Numbered from the stretch's first letter, positions 13,557 to 28,460 are shown. The stretch: 64,000 nucleotides of DNA from Lama guanicoe (GCA_013239625.1 MU053472.1:1505236-1569235); one strand, 5' to 3'. Made by a program: numbers and translations. Notes: generated by a model from the sequence alone, not told the origin.

Positions 13557-14821
13557 TAATCATTGTGCTATTTTGTCTTTCCTCTCTTGGTTCTAGTCCT
13601 TTTCTGCTTTACTAACCAGATTGACCTACTTCTCCCTTTTAATGAAGCTGTTTTCTCAGTATTACAGATTTTTAGTTTGCCTGATAAAGTACCCATGTGT
13701 ATTCATATTTATCTTTATTATTTTGAATTGACTGTTTTATTTTTGATAATGGCTTACTCCAAAAGGAAATGATATTTTAAAGGCACTCAAGTAACAATAC
13801 ATACAAGGATTCATTGAAAACCTTTTACACAAATACTGATCGGCATGCCCTTCAGAATCTGGACAGAGCAACCCTCAGAGTGCCAGAGTAGGACAGTCTG
13901 AATCTGGCTTTGGGAATAGAATTTTGTTAGAATTAGCCTGCAGCTTTTCCCTTTGATTTCTAAACCATATGTGCTGCAAACCTCTGTTTCAACTTGTTGT
14001 CTCATGTGTATAGATAGTTTGTAAACTATGAACTGAATTTGACTTCAGCATAATATTTTTATGATACAAACTAAAATGTAAGATGATTCCAAAAATCAAA
14101 GTAATGGATAACATAAGATTTAAAAGTTATCCCAATACTAATTTTAAAAATCAAGGATCTGAAAAGAAAAAAGAAAAAAAAAATCAAGGATCTGAGGCAA
14201 GTTAAACAGAATTCAGTATTTTCTAAATCATCATTCTAACTCAAGTTTTACTGTGATATTTTTACTTACTTTCTCTTTTTTGCTTTTATTAAATCAAAAT
14301 GGTCTTTTTCAGAGAACTAATAAGCTGAAGGAAAGAACTAACATCCTAATAAACTACAAGGAGTTAAAAAAACCAGTAAGAAAAACACTAAAACTCTGCT
14401 ACCTCCAGATAGGTGGATAAAGGAGAGGAAGTTTGAACAATAACAAAAATGGAAAAGGATAGTAAACATTTGGAAAAATGTTTAACATTATTGAAATGAA
14501 ATTCTGTTTTTGCTATTAGGTTAGTAATATTTTTGTTGTAATGGGTATCCTGTTGGCAGGATTATATATTGGTATGATCTATAGAATATGACATGTACCA
14601 CTATCTTTAAGTGTATATAAACTCAGTAATTTTGGGAATCTACTCTAATGAAGAAATCTGAAATTTGAATCAGAATCTGAACAGAGTTATTAATGCAGCA
14701 CTGTTTCTTGACTGTTCATTTAACTGAAAGTAACTTGAAGGCCCAGCAGCTGGAAAATGGTTAACATATTCATAACATTGATTATGATGTAGCCATGAAA
14801 AATGATGTTTATATCACTTAA

Positions 14822-14955
14822 TTATTTTTTTTATTTTGGTCAGGGGGAGGTAACTAGGTTTTTTTTTTTTATTTTCAGAGGAAGTACTGGGGATTGAACC
14901 CAGGACCTCATGCATGCTAAGCAAGCACTCTACCACTTAAGCTATACCCTCCCCC
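14822..14955 (-). mobile_element. tRNA-Ala-derived SINE (camelid Vic-1-like)
   Basis: Reverse complement shows a tRNA-like head with A/B boxes and the family tail motif AACCTA(G/A)TTACCTCCCCC. Confidence 0.9.
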
Positions 14956-15786
14956 TGAAAAATGGTCTTTATAGATAAATTTTTTAAAATAATGGTGGTG
15001 TGAAAATTTTCAAACATAAAAGATAGAATAGTACTTCATTAACTCCCATAGAGAGGGGGAGTTTTTTTTTAATGTATGATTTTTTTCTCCTGTTTCATTG
15101 AGGAATAATTGGCATGTATTTCTGCATGTATTTAAGACATATTACATGATAGTTTAGTTTACTTGTATTGTGAAATGATTACCATAATAGGTTCATAATA
15201 GATCTATCTTCTCATATAGATAAAATGAAAAGAGAGAATAAAGTTACATTGGTAACTCTTTGTCTCCATGGAGGTTGTACCAGTTTATACTCCTATCAAC
15301 AGTATATATGGATACCTTGACAACATACCTATGGAACTTTTATATCATATCCAGTTTTAAGTTTTTAAAATGGCTAGAAATCATCTTGGTAATGTTTTAA
15401 TTTGAATTTATCTTAAGAAAGGTTGGATATCTTTTTATTTGTTTAAGAGCCATTTCTATTTCCTTTTCTGTGTATTTTTGTTTACATTCTTTGTTCATTT
15501 GGGGGGAAGGCCTTTTTTTGTATTAATATGTAGGAGCCACTTATGTGTGAGTGTGTAAGACATTAGAGAAAGTAGACTAATGTATGTGGTAGGAGTTTCA
15601 GATGTTGCTTTTGCAGATTGTCTTTTGATTCTTCTCCTGGAATTTTTTTTCACATGAAAGTTTATTTTAATACAGTTAAGTTTATCAATCTTTAGCATTA
15701 TGATTTTTGGGCTTTGTGCCATACACACATACAATTCCTTCACTCTGAGGTTATTCAAAGACTTCTGTATTTTCATCTCATATAAG

Positions 15787-17052
15787 CAGTTATGAACACT
15801 TTTGGTCTTAGGAACCCTTTACACTCTTAAAAATTGAGGCCCTCAAAGAGCTTTTTGTTTATATAGATTATATATATTGATTTTACCATATTAGAAAATT
15901 AAATGGAGACTTCAAAATTTGTCAATTTATTGGAAAATAACATGAAGCCCATTATATGTTGACATAAAGAACATTCTTTATGAAAAATTAGCTGTTTTCC
16001 AAAACAGACATTGGTTGTTTTACATTTTTGTTAAGTCTCTTTATTCTCTGGCTTAATAGGTGACAGATTCTTATATTCGCTTCTGCATTAAATCTGTTGT
16101 AATAAAGTTTTTTGGTTGCAGTATCTGAAGTAAAATCTGATCTTATGTAGGTTTATAGTCGGAAAAGAGAAACTATTTTAAAAGCTTTTCCATGTTTTGG
16201 GGATATTCTTTGATACTATTCCAAAATTCAAGAAGAGGGAGTTTCTTAAGGGTTAATAGTAGTATGGTATCTGAAATCATGTGAGTGACCTTTTCCTTAT
16301 TCTTACATTAAGAACCATTGGCTAAATAGTATATTTATCCATGCATGATTTTTTTAAATTAATAGAGTTTTATTTTTTAGAGCAGTTTAAGATTCATAAC
16401 AAAATTGAGCAGAAAGTACCGAGAGTTCCTATTTGCTCCCTGCCTCCTCCTGTGTGCATAGCCTCTTCCGCTGTCAACATCCTGCCCCAGAGTAGTACAT
16501 TTGTTACAATCAGTGACCCTACTTTGACACATCATTATAAACCAAAGCCCAGGGTTTACATTAGGATTGCTCTTGGTATTGTACGTTACAGGGTTTTGAA
16601 AAATATGTGATGACACCTATCTACCATTATAGTATCATACAGAATACTTTCACTGTGCTAAAAATCCTCTGTGCTCTGTCTGTTTATCCCTTCCTCCCTC
16701 CTTAACCCCTGGCAACCCTAGTCTTTGTCTTGTCTGCATAGTGTTCCCTTTCCCAGGATGTTGTATAGTTGGAATCATATAGTATATAGCCTCCATGCAT
16801 GATTTTGTAACATGGGCATTGGTCTTGTAAGACGTTGGCTAGCTGAGTTATGTAGATCATCCCAATATTGACACATCTTATTACACAATATATCAAGTCA
16901 TGTAGCTGCTCAAAACTCCACTGTATACACATGGTATTAGTATATATTAGTATTATGTATTAGAATTATGAAAATAATTTTGACCTTGCAGATCCCCTGA
17001 AATGGTTTGGGGGACTTCCAGGGTTCCCTGAAACCTGTTTTGAGAACCACTT
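15787..17052 (+). mobile_element. hAT-Charlie (Charlie1-like) relic interrupted by an L1
   Basis: Collinear with 803-2086 and ends in TTTGAGAACCACT. Confidence 0.75.
16353..16791 (-). mobile_element. L1MA/MB-like 3' end with a perfect 15-bp TSD
   Basis: TCCATGCATGATTTT at 16338-16352 and 16792-16806; antisense L1 3' UTR motifs between them. Confidence 0.85.
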
Positions 17053-17927
17053 TTCAAGTACTTGTATAGTTTCATCGTTTACATTTTAATCTCACATTTC
17101 TCTGGAATTTGAAAATCAAAGCTGTGTAGTAAGGATACAAATTATTTTTTTCTTGATGGCCACTAGTAGCCACTTGAGCAATTATACAACTTTTGATTAC
17201 TGATTAGAAAGCTTATGAGGCATAAAAACCTTCTTCAGTGGAAAGATGAACTTGAGTTTGTCCTCGTCTAGCACTGTTACTCTGGTTAAGATAAACATGG
17301 AATGTTAGTTCCGTGGTAAGACAATATTGCTTTTTGTAGAATGACCCTTGAATGGAATTGCATCTTGGTAGGAAAGACTTTGAATGGACTATAAATTTCT
17401 GTTGGGAAGCACATGCCTTTGCTGCCCTGTGTACTTGCAGTTTGACTTGTACAGGGACCTGGGCATGGGCTGTTGTTACAAGATGCTGATTCTTGTGGTA
17501 TATGAAGCTTGTTTGTAGTGGCTAGAAAATGGCGCCTGGATTTCTGGAAGGATCACTGCTGAAGACAGCATAACTGAAGCTGTCATGCTGGCATACTGTG
17601 TTTCCTGTCCTGTCTCCTACAAAGTTAAATCAGCTTGGTTTCATGCTATGGTTTATTTCATGTGTAAAGTGCGAAGGTCAGTATGTATCTGAGACCACTG
17701 TGGCAGTTGTGCAAAGTGAGTTTTGCAGTTATATATATTTGGGACTTTTTCTAGGCTTCTTTTTTTTAAAAATAAAATATATAGACACACACACACACAC
17801 ACAGACACAGTATGTTCATGTACCAGTACCATACTTTTTTTTAAACTGAGGCTCTGTTATAATTTTTGATTATAGGCCTGATCCTTCTCATTAATATTAA
17901 AAAAAATTTTTTTCTTGACTGTTCTTT

Positions 17928-18034
17928 CTTGATTTTTTCTATTTGAACTTTTTCCCCTTTAACTGAGGCACTGGAGATTAAACCGAGGACGTCAGGCACA
18001 CCAAGCACGTGTCCTACCACTGAGCTATTTCCCC
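17928..18034 (-). mobile_element. tRNA-Ala-derived SINE, diverged copy
   Basis: GAGGCACTGGAGATTAAACCGAGGACG...CTACCACTGAGCTATTTCCCC. Confidence 0.8.
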
Positions 18035-18911
18035 ACACACCCTCTATATGAGTTTTTAAATTATATGTTCTGTGATTTTATTAACTTTTTATTTTAGAGT
18101 TTATTTATCTTTGTCCTATCATATAAAATGCCATGTGGATAATTGGACAGATGCTCTTTGCCATTTGGGAGCAGGTGTCTTTTTGCACACATTGAGCCAT
18201 TTTATTGTAAGTTATTTCCTCCTTTCCCTCTGTCCTCACCCTAGGCAACTGGCTAGTGCTCTGTGTTTGCAGCCTTCTGTTGCTGCTCAGTCAGCCCTCT
18301 GCGTATCAGGCTGCTCCTTTGTGTGTCCCTTTTAATCATACAGGACAACAGCAGGGACTGTTAAAAGCAGTATCTTTTACAACATTGCTTTGGTTTTTGG
18401 ACACTGGATTTAAAATTTTGTTTTAACCAGTACCATTATTTTGTCTTTTGTTCCTCAGAAATACAGAGACCATAGTATCTTTGAATATTAAGTATCAAGA
18501 GAACTTCTAGTAGTTATGTTGGAAGCAATTTGGGTAGCTACTGTAATTACTTAAGTACTAAGCCTTACTTTTTAGGAGTGGGTTTAGGAAAGAACAAAAG
18601 TGTTAGGTGGTATGAAGGCTAAATATTGGTGTCTCTTCTATAACTCTTATGTTGCATATGTTCTTGTAAATGGCGGATTTAGTATTTACTCTCCTGTTTG
18701 CTCTTTAGGATCGGTGATGAAGAAAGCATAAAATAGCAAAGTGACCGCCTTTGAAACTCCAACTCTTACTATGACCTAGAGCAGTGTTGCTTTCAGTATT
18801 ACAAATTAAACTAATTCTCAGAAGGGCTAGTAAATGAGCAACTCTATTGAATTTCTCTTCTGTGTTAACACTGATGTTTTCTGATCATTCTGCACCTGCT
18901 TCATCCTTCCT

Positions 18912-19127
18912 CTGTTCTGTCCAGAATAGTAGCCCCTAGCCACATATGACTGTTTAAATTTAAATATAAGTTAATTAAAATTAAATTTAAAAAGTCAGTT
19001 CCTCATTTGTGCTAGCCACACTGACATGGTAGTGACATAGTAGTCAGATGTGGCTAGTGGCTGCTGTGTTAGACTGTGCAGAGTGGCCATTCCCATCGCT
19101 GCAGGAAGTTTCATGAGACAGAGCTGC
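18912..19127. mobile_element. MER3-like hAT MITE
   Basis: Internal inverted motif CTAGCCACAT/ATGTGGCTAG with an AT-rich core. Confidence 0.7.
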
Positions 19128-20630
19128 TCAGACCTCCTGGCTTGCCCTTGTCTGATAAGCTTGTTTTCTACTTTAGGAAGATGATTGAGGTTCTCCTTCT
19201 GCCATTTTCATGTTTTTCTTTGCTTGGGGGAAGATTGTTTTTTTTCTCATTTATAAGTTTTATGCCTTTATTTTGCTTCTGTTAGGACCTTTATACCATT
19301 TGTTTTCTCTCTCTAATATCTTCATTTCATTTGAGATTAGAACAGAAATAGAAAAGCCATAAGTGGGGGTTACCTGGCTGGCTGTTGCCGAGTTGTACAG
19401 CATTTCATAGTGACATCCCTGTGGAGGTGGTCACCGTTATTTGTCCTGTCTCCAGCTTTCCATGTCTTGAAGCCAGTTTAGTTTCAGTGTTCATCAAGTT
19501 TAGGGGGACAGAGCCATGCCACTCACAGTCAACGTAGTAAACTAATAAGGGACTCGCGTGAACATCAGGATGTCACAGTACTCATTAACAATGAGAACAG
19601 GAACTGACAAGAAGACTGCTTGTTATTGTCAGCTAGCCTGTTGTAGATGAAATGAAATTTCAGATTAAAATCAAAGGGTTTCAGTGTGCACTTGGGACGT
19701 GAGTATGAAGACTTAATTTGATTATCTTAATGTCATCGACACTTGAGTCTTAGGAATCAACTTGTGTCTTGTTATATCTGGCAGGTGAGCAGGCTAATAC
19801 TGTTTCTTGGAAGTATTCTTTGCCACTCTTCCCCTCAACTTTTCTAGCCTTCAAGGAGAGTGTTTTTCTTCTATTTATTTTAAGACGTTTTCAGGCAGAT
19901 TATGATTAAATTTATTTAAGGGCTAGTTTCCCATTTCAGTCATTCAAGCACAGGTTGAGAGACCATCTCTATTGTGTTTTATTACTTTTTTGTTCAAATA
20001 TTTGACCATATTTCAATGTTTTAGGCACCCTGGAGTGTACTATTTTCTCTGTGTAGTAATTAAAGATTTTTGTTGCTCGTTTGCCAAATTTCAAGGAGGG
20101 TTTTCTTGTTCTGTAAGTCCCAAACCTGTATCTCTACAGCTGATCGGTTTCTAAAGTCTAGTCTCATACTTCTAAATACAGAAATATCTATCTCACAGAT
20201 ATTTATATTGAGGCATTTCGTATTGATTGCTCAAATTAAAAAGTAAAACCGAAGTTCTGCTGTTTTCAATCCCTCAAATCTCTCAAAAACTATACAGCCT
20301 TTCCTTTTTAATTTCTTTTATCACCACATAGTCTCTCTTCATTTCCAACACTCTTCTTCCCCTTAATTTTTTTTAGTTATCAAATTATCTTGCTTTTTAA
20401 TTTTACATGATAATCTACTCATTTTGATTCCCATTACTTCCATTCCATTCTGTGTATCTTACCTCAGGGAATCTACAAATTCTCATCTTAATCTACCCAA
20501 TTTTGTCTTTGCTTTCTGGACAGGACAGGAATTTTGATTTTTGCATCTTTGTATCTGAAACAGATAAATCAATATTTTGTGATAATATAATCTGATTTTA
20601 TTAGTTATTTAACACGTTGAACTACCTTAG

Positions 20631-20807
<177 letters not shown>

Positions 20808-21339
20808 TAGGACTTAAATTTGGTGAAATCATTTTGGATTTTCTACAATGTATGGTGGTAAAATAAAAGAGAAGCCTGAGAATTAAACCCTCATTTGGCA
20901 CATAATGTGGGTAGAAATATTACATTATGATAAATGATTTAAAACCTAATTGAGGAGAAGATTAAAGTATGGATTTCAGTGCCAGTTGCTCTTTGATCAT
21001 GAGTTATGTTTAATGTTCTGCTAATTCCCATTTATTCTTAGGGAAGTATCTGTATGCCTAGACTTGATGTTAGCCTTAGAATTCTAAATGCCCTTCCCTA
21101 CTTTAGTCCTTCGTCTTTCTCTTAAGAGCCTTCAAAGCTCTTTTTTTCTTTAGCTAGCAAAGTAAGTTGTCCATGACAAAATAAACAGACCTATTCTGTG
21201 TTCTCCCTGGTTTTAGAAGGAATGCTAGAGGATGATAGCTAAAGTATCTTACCTTGGAGGTGCTAAATTTTCTTGTAAAATTTCTTGTAAAGAAAATTTC
21301 TCTTAGAAGACACCATTTTTTCCCTTCTCTCCTTCTTGC

Positions 21340-23120
21340 TCTAACTGACACTTGAGTACTGACTTGGTGCCAGGCACTTACTTGCATTAGGCTTTGGAGA
21401 GATATACTCTGCCCTCAGGGAGCAAGAGTAAGTAGCCGGGGAGATAGGCAATAACAAATTAAGCTTGTCCTGAAACTAATATACTATTGAAATATATTAT
21501 CGCAAGTCAGTTATGCTTCAATTTAATAAAAAAGTAAGCTTGTAATGAAATAGGTACAGATTAGGAAATACGAAAGAAATATGAAAGAAGGAAAAAGGGT
21601 CCTGTGATAAAGAGTAATTTAGAAGGGAAAAACTATTTTAGACAGTGTGATGGAAATGCTCCTTTTAGGAAGTGTGATTTTGGCTGAGATTTAATGGCTG
21701 AGAAGGAGCTATTCTTGTGAAGAGCCTGTTGAAGAATATTCTAGGCATGGATCCTGAATTGGGAAAGAGTTTGGCATGTTCTCAAAAGACAGGAGTTAAT
21801 GAGGCATACATGAGCTACAGATATTTTCCTTCTAGTTTAAGGTTACTGGGAAACATTCAAGGATATTAAGCTAAGGAACAACATTATCTGATTAGCATTT
21901 TATTTTTATTGAAGTGTAGTCTGTTTACAATGTGTCAATTTCTGGTGTACAGCACAATGCTTCGGTTGTACATGAACATGCATTTATTCGTTTTTATATT
22001 CTTTTTCACCGTAAGTTATGCTTTTTTTTTTCCTCCAAAAAGTTAATGCATTTTTAAAAATTGTTCTCCCTATCATCTTACTATTGTTCACCTTTGGTGA
22101 TCAAATCATAAAGTCCCAGTCGTCATGGAGCCTATACCCTAATGAGGGGCGGAGGAGTAGATAATAAACAAATAAGAAAATTACTCTAAAAAGTGTCATA
22201 AAGAAATTGAACAATATGATGTGGCAGTAATTGGCAGGAGGGACAGTGGGTAGCAGGGGAGGGCTGCTTTGGAGAGGATTATTAAGGAACATTCTTTAAG
22301 AAGGTGGTATGTGAGTAAGACCTGAAGAAGGGACCAAAGAAAGTAACAGACAAAGCAGAGCCATAGCATTTGCAGAGGCCATTAGGCAGTTAGTGGACAT
22401 TTGCTTTGGGAGGGGTGTTTGTTGGGGTTGTCTAGCATATGTTTTCTTTTTCTACTAAATTACGTCCTGATTTCCTTTTGGGAAATTCTCTCTCCCTTAC
22501 TTAGTTTAGACATTCCTGTTACGGCCCTTTTGCAAAATATACGAAAGGTCAGGCGTACGACACCAGCCAGATAGTTAGATTCCCTATTCCAGGATTTTGA
22601 ATTGTGACTCTAATAAGGACAAAAATTAAAAGTAAACCTGGTTGGAATGAATTTGCCCTAGTGATAGTGACCTCCTTTGTCAGTGCCCATTGGTGTGACT
22701 GTTTCCTGCCTGGTTGTTTAGAATTGCCCCGTCTCCATGCTTGGTTCTCCAGCCGTTTGTCTGTTGTGTAAGCTACTTGATTTTCTTCTGACTTGCCTTT
22801 TTGGCCTAAGTTAACTTGAGCTGGGGATTGTCATTTGTAAGCAAAGAATCCTAATGCCAGAAGGAAAGATTTTGAGGCCTCTAGGGAACAGGAATGAGGC
22901 CAGTGTGAGAGAGAGGAGGCAGAGAGGTAGGTGAAGGTGGAGATGAGGACACTTACCCGATTAAGAAGGGTGGTGCAGGCCAAGGTAAGGAGTTTGATGT
23001 TGACATTATGGGTGGTAGGCAAAACTAAGTCCTGCAAGGCTTTCTAGACCATGATAAGGAATTTTATTTGAAATGCTTTTGGGAAGGGGTTGCAAAGTAA
23101 GAGAGGGAATAAACCATCGT
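21340..23120 (+). mobile_element. Cluster of fragmented L2 relics
   Basis: L2-like purine-rich motifs (TGAGTACTGACTTGGTGCCAGGCAC, GGCCAAGGTAAGGAGTTTGA); boundaries approximate. Confidence 0.5.
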
Positions 23121-24820
23121 GGTCAGATTTTTGCAAAACTAGAAGCCTTTTTAAGATACCAAGGCCATTCATTCATGGTATGCATATGTGTGATATAATT
23201 GACCATCCAATTATTGGCAAGGAAAAAGATGGGGGGAAGGTGATAGCTGCTATTTGCATTTCAGGTAGATGATAAGTTTCAAGTTAACTGTTGGCGTTTG
23301 TGAGCTTAGAAGGAGGGCATGGGAGGCAGAGAGTTAATACTACTAAAGAGTAGAGAGGGCTTTTTTCGTGGGGAACTCAGTATGGACTGAGGACAAGTTC
23401 TTACTGCAGGTTCAAAAGTAAGGTGAACCTTCAGTTTAGAAAAGTAGATGCCAAGTTATTTTGTATATATGAAGTGTGTGTGCCAGACATTTCAAGTAAT
23501 TAGCCTTGAAACCCTTAAGTAATTGTGGAGAGGAAGAGAAGGAGGAACAGATGAAGGAATGGCAAAAAGCAGGAAAACCAACTGGTTTTTCTGTTTCAGA
23601 CATTCCTGCCCAGTTCAGAGATACCTCTGGAGTAATTCAGACAAGAAGTAATTCAACTCGCTTGAATATCTTCAGTAATCTTTACTTAATGTTTCGAAGT
23701 GCAGACTCTTGGATTATTAGACAACTCTAATTGTGAGTTAAAATCTTCCTCCACGAATCTTTCAGACAGGGCAGTGTACGTATTTTTCCTTTTGCATAAT
23801 GACAGTCATTTACCTATTCAGAATTAGCTAGCATGTTTCTCTAACTTAATTTCAGACCCTTCGTTATTCTTGTCATCATATTCTTCCTACATGTTTCCTT
23901 CAGTAAATGTGATTCCAGAAATGAGGACACTCTGCAAGATGTGGTCTGCCCAGGTTGAAGTACAGTGGAAATGTTTAGTTCCTGCCACCTGAGCATTGTA
24001 CTTCCAATAATGGAGTCCTAGAATCCTGTCATTAGTGTTTAGTAATCTTGTCACATTTGTTCGCTTATTAGGCTCAAATCTCTAAATATTTCTCTTATGA
24101 ACTGCTGCCGGGTCAAGTTTCTCTATTACATACCCTGTTGGTTTTTATTGGGATGGTGTGAGGGTGGGGAGATGGAGACTAAATAATTGCATTAGATGAG
24201 TTTTTTGCAGAATGTGTTAATACTAAAGATATTGATTAATAGATTGGTGTATATTTGGAAAGAGATCTTGATTGATATGATGCTGTGTTTTTTCCTTATC
24301 TTGTTTCAACATTTGTTAACTACCTAGAAAAAGAAATAGTGTAGTCCTCAATTTTGTATATGATACAGATGTTAATATTTGAAAGTACTTAGGCAGCAGA
24401 TTTTATCATTGTTTAACTGCTTTTAGTTGCAAGAGAGGAAGAATAGTAATTAGAGAGTAATCAGGCAACACTTTGACTGGATGATGACAATTACCATCAC
24501 TAATGTCTTGGACATTGTATGTCTCTAGGTGTGTGGTACACATTCCCTGTGTAGTACTCTGGTCAAGCATGCGTAACCTCAATCTCGATTAAAGGAGGCT
24601 AAAGAAATGTTACAAGTAAATGCTATTCCTGATCCTAGGCTGGATCCTATAAAGGGAATTGTAGGCCATTGGATATTTCAAAATATGTGGATGGTAGATG
24701 GTATATTAGACAAAAATTATATTAATGTAAATTTATGAAGCTGATAACTACAGTGTCCTTCTTCTGAGAAAAATACACTTTGAAGTATTTAGGGATAAAG
24801 TGGCCACAATTTTAAACATT

Positions 24821-24823
<3 letters not shown>

Positions 24824-24853
<30 letters not shown>
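24824..24853. repeat. (CA)n microsatellite
   Basis: Directly visible. Confidence 0.95.
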
Positions 24854-24857
<4 letters not shown>

Positions 24858-25249
24858 TATTTATATATATACACATACATAGAATATTTATATATATGTT
24901 GATAGAAAACAAGCAGATGGGGCAATATGTCAACAATAGATGAGTCTGAGTAAAGATGGGTGTTCTTTGTCATTTTTTGGAAAACTTTGAACATTTGAAA
25001 TGATCTCCAAATGAAAAATGTTTTAAAAAACAGGCTGACAGTAATAATAAGAAATTTAATAAAAATAAATATAAAGTGCAAAACTTAAGTTCAGAATATT
25101 CTTTAGGAGACTCTGCTTTGCTAGCAGCATTTCATTTGAAAGAGGACTAGATTTTGTTTGTTTGTTCTTTTTGTTTCAGTTGATTGCTTATGAGCATAAG
25201 ATAATCCAACATTGTTAAGTATAGCTTAGTGATAAAAAATAATGCAGCC

Positions 25250-26029
25250 TTTAAAGACTTAAACATAAGACATGACAGTATAAGCCTCCTACAAGAAAAC
25301 ATAGGCAAAAACATTCTCTGACATAAATCTTAGCAATGTTCTCCTAGGGCAGTCTACCCAGGCAATAGAAATAAAAGCAAAAATAAACAAATGGGATCTA
25401 ATTAAATTTATAAGCTTTTGTACAGCAAAGGAAACTATAAACAAAACAAAAAGACAACCTACAGACTGGGAGAAAACATTTGCAAATGATGGAACAATCA
25501 TTGGACAAGGGCTTAATTTCCAGAATATACAAACATCTCATAAACTTAACAGAAACCAAACAACCCAGTCCAAAAATGGACAGAAGACTTAAACATTTCT
25601 CCAGTGAAGACATACAAATGGCCAGTAGACACATGAAAAAATGCTCAGTATCGCTAATTATCAGAGAAATGCAAATCAAAACTACAATGAGGTATCACCT
25701 CACATCAGTCATTGGAGCCATCATTAAAAAGTCCACAAACAGTAAATGCTGGAGAGGGTGTGGAGAAAAGGGGACCCTCCTACACTGTTGGTAGGAATGT
25801 AGTTTGGTGCAGCCATTATGGGAAACAGTATGGAGATTCCTTTAAAAATTAAAAATAGATTTATCATATGATCCAGCAATCCCACTCCTGGGCATAAATC
25901 TGGAGGATACTGTAATGCAGAAAGATACATGTACCCCAGTGTTCACAGCAGCACTATTTACAGTAGCCAAGACGTGGAATAACCAAATATCCATCAACAG
26001 ATGACTGGATAAAGAAATTGTGAGAGAGA

Positions 26030-26071
<42 letters not shown>

Positions 26072-26530
26072 GAAGTACTACTGAGCCATAAAAAAGAATA
26101 AAATAATGCCATTTGCAGCAACATGGATGGATCTGGAGATTCATTCTGAGTGAAGTAAGCCAAAAGGAGAAAGACAAATACCATATGATATCACTTAAGT
26201 AGAATCTAAAAAAAATGACACAAATGAACTTATTTACAAAATAGAAACAGACTCACTGACATAGAAAACAAACTTATGGTTACCAGAGGGGAAAGGGAAG
26301 GGAAAGAGATAAATTTGGGAGTTAGAGATGTGCAGATACTAACTACTGTGTATAAAATAAACAAACAACATGTTTCTACTGTAGCACAGGGAACTATATT
26401 CAATATCTTGTAGTAACCTATGATGAAAAAACATGAAAAGGAATATATGTATGTACATGTATGACTGAAATACTACGCTGTACACCAGAAATTGACACAT
26501 TGTAAACTGACTATACTTCGATTAAAAAAA
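25250..26530 (+). mobile_element. 5'-truncated L1 (ORF2 C-terminus, 3' UTR, A tail) with an internal (CA)n at 26032-26068
   Basis: ORF 25480..25794 translates to ORF2p ([10 protein letters not shown]...[24 protein letters not shown]...[16 protein letters not shown]). Frameshifted; ends ACTATACTTCGATTAAAAAAA. Confidence 0.93.
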
Positions 26531-27809
26531 TAGATTAAATGCAATCTTAGAATGTAGTAATATAGTATAATGTCCAAAAAAGGAATGATTATGCCACTGT
26601 ATTCTTTTTTTTTTAATGCCACTGTATTCTGTACTTAAAAATATGCCCAATTGAAGATGGTTCTAAGATCATATTGTGGTAGAAAGAGAACTACCAAGTT
26701 GAGTGTCTTTTTAAGTGCCAGGTACTGTAGAAGTGCTTTACGTGTTATTTCATTTTTAAACTTTATAAAATGGCAGGGAGGTGGGAGTTATTTCCAGTTT
26801 GTCAGTTAAGAAACTGCCTTAGCTGATCTAGTCAACTGGTCGTGTCCACATAGTTGGCATTTTGATTACGGCTTTGTTCAACTTATGAATAAAAGCTCTT
26901 TCCGCTAGATGCTGCAGCCGCTCTCCTAAGCTTACACAGGAGAGCTTGGCAGGGTGTAGCCTGAAATAGAAATACTGAGGACAGTTACAGCTGGCTAATA
27001 TTTGTGAAGTTTAGTCATCTAGGAGAAGAATTAGCCTGAGTTTTAAAAAATTAGTTTGAAGAACTAAAAAAAAAAAAAGACAAAAATTGCAGCTGATTGA
27101 AAAAAAAGAACCATTATTTTGTGAACTGCTGTTAGCCTTCCCTTCGTTAGAGGTGCTTGGGTGGTTAACGTGGATTTCTGCATTGGCTGGGGAGCTAGAG
27201 TATGTAAGACTTTGTGGGTCTCTTAAAGCTCTGAGAATCCATGGTAATGTTGTTAAAATTGTTGATCTTTGGACTAGCTTTCCATCATATTCAAAACATC
27301 TTTTTTTAACTAGCTGTTTTTCTCTGTGCATTGTTTTTAGATTTATCCATGTTTATAAATATAGTTCTAGTTCATGTATCAACTGCTATACGTTCAGTTC
27401 CAGTATGAAATAAATTTGGTGGACATTTAGGTTATATGCACACATTTGCTATTATAAAAAATGCTGCAATAAATATCTCCTTGTATACATATATGAGACT
27501 TCTTTAAGTACATAACTAGAGGTGGAATTACTGGGTCATAGTACATTACTTAACCAACTTTTAAAATATTGTGACACATACAATATGATAATATTTTACA
27601 ATAAACAGAGAAGGCTACTATGAGGCTGGAGATAACTGGCTTAAAGGCTGTAGCCACCCAGGACCCACACTGCTGACCCAAGGTCACACTCACACCCTCC
27701 AAGGTATATCACTTGGAAAGCTCAGGTCATAGGTACGTACATCTTTAGCATTAGTAGGTATTGCTGAATTTCTCACCAAAATGATTATGTCAGGTTATTA
27801 AAATCCCAT

Positions 27810-28460
27810 TGTGTTAGTTATCTATTGCTGTCTAACTGAATACTCCCAAACCTAACAGTTCAAAGCACTGATCATCTCACGTGGCTTCTGTGGCTTAGGA
27901 ACCTGGGAGTGGCTTAACTAGGTGGTTCTGGCTCTGGATCTCTCATGTGGTTACAGTCAAGATGCCAGCTATGATTTTGATCATCTGAAAGCCTGAATGC
28001 AGTTGGGACATTCACTTCTAGGATAGCTTACTCACACGGCTGTTGTCAGGAGGTCTCAGTGCCTTGCCCTGTGGGCCTGTCTGTGTAGCTGCTTGATGTG
28101 TCCTCATGGCTTGGCAGCCAGCTTCCCCAGAGCAAGTGATCTGAGAGAGAACAAGGCAGTAGCCACAATGTGTTTCTATGATCTAGTGTCACAATAAGTG
28201 ACACTTCATCACTTCCTCCATGTGTTTTTTTGGTAGCTGTTAGCACTGAGTCACTAGGTCTTGCCCACCCTTAAGTGGAAGGGAATTAATAGCCCTTACC
28301 TCTTTTTAAAAAAAAGTAGCAAGAAAAATTGTGCTGTACTCTAGAATTTGACACAACATTGTGAAATGACTATAACTCAATAAAAAAAGTAAAAAAAAAT
28401 GCTCTTATATATAGCACAAAAAAGTAACAAAATAACATGTGCACGTATTTTAAAACCACA
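27810..28460 (-). mobile_element. MaLR solo LTR (MLT1F/G-like) interrupted by a short L1 3' end
   Basis: TGTGTTAGTTATCTATTGCTG ... TTTTAAAACCACA termini; similar to the 44310-45418 element. Confidence 0.75.
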
